A stretch of DNA of 64,000 nt from Candidatus Hydrogenedentota bacterium (GTDB lineage Bacteria; Hydrogenedentota; Hydrogenedentia; Hydrogenedentales; SLHB01): NCBI GenBank assembly GCA_045863295.1, contig BTWA01000013.1, positions 86,350 through 150,349 on the forward strand, in the 5' to 3' direction. Below the pieces are notes generated by a model, which saw only the letters and a program-made list of their open reading frames with translations, had not been told where the DNA came from and made no database searches. The stretch's first letter is position 1; the number at the start of each line of letters is the position of its first letter. Positions 60,846-64,000 of the stretch are shown here, in pieces. A program made the translations under genes and the position numbers.

Positions 60846-61870
60846 TCGATCTTTCGCCTTCTTCTACCCGGGCCATCCTGGCGATTATCCCCAATTGGCT
60901 GGGCGATGTCGCCATGTGCACGCCCGCCCTGCGCGCGGTGCACAGGCGCTTTCCCAATGCCCGGATTGCCGTCGCGGGGAGGGCATCGGCGTGCGCCTTG
61001 CTGAAGGATCTGCCCTACATTGCCGAACGCATCGTGATTCCCTCCAAGCCGTCCTTGCTTGCAATGTGGACCTTGTCGGGCCGTCTCCGCCCGTACGCCC
61101 GCGATTTGGCAATCGTGTTTCCGCATTCCTTTCGAGCGGCGATGCTCGCCCGGTTGACCCGCGCACGCATCCGAGTCGGATACCGGCGCAACGGGCGACA
61201 ATGGCTGTTGACGCACGCCGTCGATCCTCACAGGAAGGACGGCCGGATCGAACCCGTCTACATGGCCAGGGAATACTTGGATTTGGTCATGTCCGTTGGC
61301 GCGGACGACGATGGCGCGGGCTTGGAACTGAGAGCCTGCGAGTCCGAGGTTCGCGCCGTGCGCGCGCGAATGCCGGCGCAACGCCCTCGAGTCGGTATCG
61401 CACCGGGCGCGGCCTTTGGCCCCAGCAAGCGATGGCTGCCCGATCGCTACGCCGCCGTGGCGGATGCCCTCGCCGATCGGGCGGGTGCATCCTGCTTTCT
61501 CATCACCGGGCCGGGCGAAGAAGAAACTCGCGAAGCCGTCTTCCATGCGGCAAAGCGGCCGCTGTATATCCTCGATGACAACAGGCCCAGCATTGACTCG
61601 CTCAAGGCGACCATCTCGCAACTCGACTTGCTCATAGGCAACGATTCAGGACCCAGGCATGTGGCCGTGGCGTTCGGCGTACCCGTGATCTGCGTCATGG
61701 GCTCCACGGCGCCCGCTTACTCCGTCGGACCATACGAAAAAGGCGAAGTGCTCCGAATCGATGTGGACTGCGGTCCATGTCAAAAGCCGGTCTGTGTCAC
61801 CGATCACCGATGCATGACCGGTGTGCCCGTCGAACGGGTCGTGGAAGCCGCGTTGCGCCACTTGAAGTAA
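60842..61870 (+). CDS. waaF: LPS heptosyltransferase II (GT9)
   Basis: PNWLGDVAM, PHSFRAA, PGAAFGPSKRW, NDSGPRHVA, CGPCQKPVC. Confidence 0.85.
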   Translation: MIDLSPSSTRAILAIIPNWLGDVAMCTPALRAVHRRFPNARIAVAGRASACALLKDLPYIAERIVIPSKPSLLAMWTLSGRLRPYARDLAIVFPHSFRAAMLARLTRARIRVGYRRNGRQWLLTHAVDPHRKDGRIEPVYMAREYLDLVMSVGADDDGAGLELRACESEVRAVRARMPAQRPRVGIAPGAAFGPSKRWLPDRYAAVADALADRAGASCFLITGPGEEETREAVFHAAKRPLYILDDNRPSIDSLKATISQLDLLIGNDSGPRHVAVAFGVPVICVMGSTAPAYSVGPYEKGEVLRIDVDCGPCQKPVCVTDHRCMTGVPVERVVEAALRHLK

Positions 61871-61888
61871 CGCCGATCTTTCCGCCGC

Positions 61889-63679
61889 TCAGAGCGCATC
61901 CGGTTGAAACGTCTGCTCCGCCAATGTGGCCACCATGAGTGCGTCTTCAAACGAAGGACAAATCGAAAGCCGTCCGCCTTCCTGACGCCAGCCCGCCTTG
62001 CGTAGCGCGTGCATGGGCTGGCCTGTCAAACCGGCGATAATCACGCGGATGTTGCGGGAGTGCAGTTTACGGATCGCGCTCTCCAGATTGATCATGCCCG
62101 TGACGTCCAAGGCGTTTATCTTGCGGCAATCGAAGAGCACCGTCTTGATGTCGCCCCCTACCACACTGAGCGAAGACATCGCCTTTTCCGCGGCGCCAAA
62201 AAACAACGGCCCTGCGATCTCATAAATAATGACGCCCTTGGGAAGAGTCTTGGGATGCTCCGGCATGTCGTCGGACACCAGACGCACATGGGCCACCTCC
62301 GCCATCCGGCGGATAAATAACATCGACGCAAGAGCCAGACCCACGCTAACCGCAATCACCATGTCGAACAACACCGTCAGAGCGAAACACAGTAGCAGCA
62401 CCGCGATGTCGGCACGCGGAGCAATCCGCAATACATGAATGAAGTGCTTCGCCTCCGACATGTTCCAAGCCACAATCAAAAGCAACGCAGCCAGCGCCCC
62501 GGTGGGTAAATAACCGAGAAACGGCGCGAACACCAGCACCGATGCAAGAATAACCATGGCATGCGTGAACGAAGCCAATGGAGAACGGGCGCCAAATCGA
62601 ATGTTGGCCGCCGTTCGGGCGATGGCGCCCGTTGCGGCGATGCCGCCAAAGAAAGGCCCCACCATATTCGCCGTGCCGATTGCCATCAACTCGGCGTCGG
62701 GATTGTGTTTGCGGCCCGTAATTCCGTCGGCGATCACCGCCGACAAAAGCGATTCGATCGAAGCCAATACCGCAATCGCAAGCGCCGCCGGCAGCAGGTT
62801 GCGAATTAAATCCCAACTCAACCCAATGGGCTGCCCGTCCTTGCCGGGCATGTTCCAAGGCAGCGCGAACGGCGGCGGCATCTGCGGAATGCCCCCATGG
62901 GTCACCCCGCCCGCCTCGTAGCTGAATCGGCTGTTAATCGTGTCGGGTGCAAAGTCAGGCACTACCAACTGCAACAGCAATGGAGCGATAGCCATCAAAG
63001 GTAACACCGCCAGCGGCGCGGGAACCTTTCGCGTGATTCGTGGAAAGACGATCAGCAGAATCAGGGAAGCCGACGCAATGACCAAATCAGGCCAGCGCAC
63101 ATGTCCGGCATGTCGCACGATCTCGATCAACTTCTCTACATACGATTCCGGCATGTGCTCTATGGGCAAGCCAAAGAAGTCCTTGATCTGGAGTGTCGCA
63201 ATAACAACGGCAATGCCCGCCGTAAAACCGCACGTGACCGGATACGGTACAAACTCAATCAACCGGCCTAGCCCCGCCAACCCCATGAAATACAAGATGA
63301 TCCCCGCCATCATCGTGGCGATCAGCAATCCTCCCAATCCATGATCATGAACGATTGGAACAAGGATGACCACAAACGCGGCCGTCGGCCCGCTGACCTG
63401 AACCCGCGAACCACCCAGCAACGCCGCAATCGCGCCCGCAACGATGGCGGTATACAAGCCCACTTGCGGCGGCACCCCCGTGGCAATCGCCAACGCCATC
63501 GAGAGCGGTATCGCAACCACACCCACGACGCTGCCCGCGCCAAGGTCGTGCACAAAATCCTTGAGGGTATACCCTTCTTTGAAGGTCTGCCGCAGAGCGC
63601 TGGCAATGGAAACGGGCTGCCGAGGAAGAACCTCCTCCTCGGACGCTGTGGATTGATACGAACGGCGAGAACCAAACAT
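61889..63679 (-). CDS. SulP/SLC26 anion or C4-dicarboxylate transporter with STAS domain (DauA-like)
   Basis: PLSMALAIATG, GLYTAIVAG, GPTAAF, ESLLSA, ATGAIARTA, GPLFFGAA; ORF is open to 63703. Confidence 0.92.
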   Translation of the reverse strand: MFGSRRSYQSTASEEEVLPRQPVSIASALRQTFKEGYTLKDFVHDLGAGSVVGVVAIPLSMALAIATGVPPQVGLYTAIVAGAIAALLGGSRVQVSGPTAAFVVILVPIVHDHGLGGLLIATMMAGIILYFMGLAGLGRLIEFVPYPVTCGFTAGIAVVIATLQIKDFFGLPIEHMPESYVEKLIEIVRHAGHVRWPDLVIASASLILLIVFPRITRKVPAPLAVLPLMAIAPLLLQLVVPDFAPDTINSRFSYEAGGVTHGGIPQMPPPFALPWNMPGKDGQPIGLSWDLIRNLLPAALAIAVLASIESLLSAVIADGITGRKHNPDAELMAIGTANMVGPFFGGIAATGAIARTAANIRFGARSPLASFTHAMVILASVLVFAPFLGYLPTGALAALLLIVAWNMSEAKHFIHVLRIAPRADIAVLLLCFALTVLFDMVIAVSVGLALASMLFIRRMAEVAHVRLVSDDMPEHPKTLPKGVIIYEIAGPLFFGAAEKAMSSLSVVGGDIKTVLFDCRKINALDVTGMINLESAIRKLHSRNIRVIIAGLTGQPMHALRKAGWRQEGGRLSICPSFEDALMVATLAEQTFQPDAL

Positions 63680-63949
63680 GGTCTTTTTACGTTGAACCTC
63701 CAAATAGAAAAAACGGCGTAGTGTACGCCAATTCGGCAGGCAAAGTCACAAATTCACCAAATTGCAGACGCAGACCAGGGAAGGGCGAATACGGATCAGA
63801 CCCGATTAGCCCGGATATTTCACGACTTTGTCCAATTGACTACGTAACAAGATTCAACCGGCCTGTTACCAAAACTGGCGCACCTGCAGTGTGCACGTGA
63901 AATATCCTCAGCGTTTCAAGCTTTAGGAATTCTGTGTGAGCATTCTGCA

Positions 63950-64000
63950 CCACGGAGACTGTACTTCAGTCTTCCACGGAGACTGTACTTCAGTCTTCCA
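63950..64000. repeat. 24-bp tandem repeat with internal palindrome, truncated by window end
   Basis: CCACGGAGACTGTACTTCAGTCTT twice (63950-63973, 63974-63997) plus CCA. Confidence 0.85.

Noticed and set aside
63813..63907. tRNA (cloverleaf-like ~95-nt fold)
   Set aside because: No TTCRA T-loop, no canonical D-loop or 7-nt anticodon loop, and the 12-bp closing stem is too long
63950..64000. CRISPR array
   Set aside because: Units are directly adjacent with no spacers, and there are no cas genes in the window

Overview
This is a GC-rich, gene-dense bacterial chromosomal window with no recognisable transposase, integrase, phage gene, rRNA, tRNA or CRISPR array. Two DUF1559-type prepilin proteins ending in NHVPGGCN(T/V)LY(M/L)DGHV, a DUF1501 + PSD1/planctomycete cytochrome c pair, and heptose/LPS genes (hldE, waaF) suggest a diderm organism with PVC-like content, plausibly Candidatus Hydrogenedentota (inference only). 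Housekeeping content: batD/batE, GH78 rhamnosidase, a FecR-OmpA-CHASE2/HD-GYP operon, an FHA-GAF adenylate cyclase, a PurH-type transformylase, cydAB, acyl-CoA synthetase, hrcA-grpE-dnaK-dnaJ with a CIRCE element, glycosyltransferases, larB-larC-coaD, a heme-c hybrid kinase and a SulP transporter. The strongest unexplained signal is intergenic: a ~195-nt highly structured candidate non-coding RNA (59719-59913, minus strand). It has its own near-consensus sigma70 promoter, a downstream GC hairpin, a duplicated loop motif and an NrdR-box-like operator inside the promoter spacer. Also notable are two hydrolase homologs flanking larB-larC-coaD that appear to lack catalytic residues (an Ntn acylase with SGNAW instead of GSNAW, and a GH42 with DSA instead of xNE), a structured leader upstream of sulP, and a 24-bp palindromic tandem repeat running off the window end. 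All family calls come from motif recognition by eye; no database searches were run.
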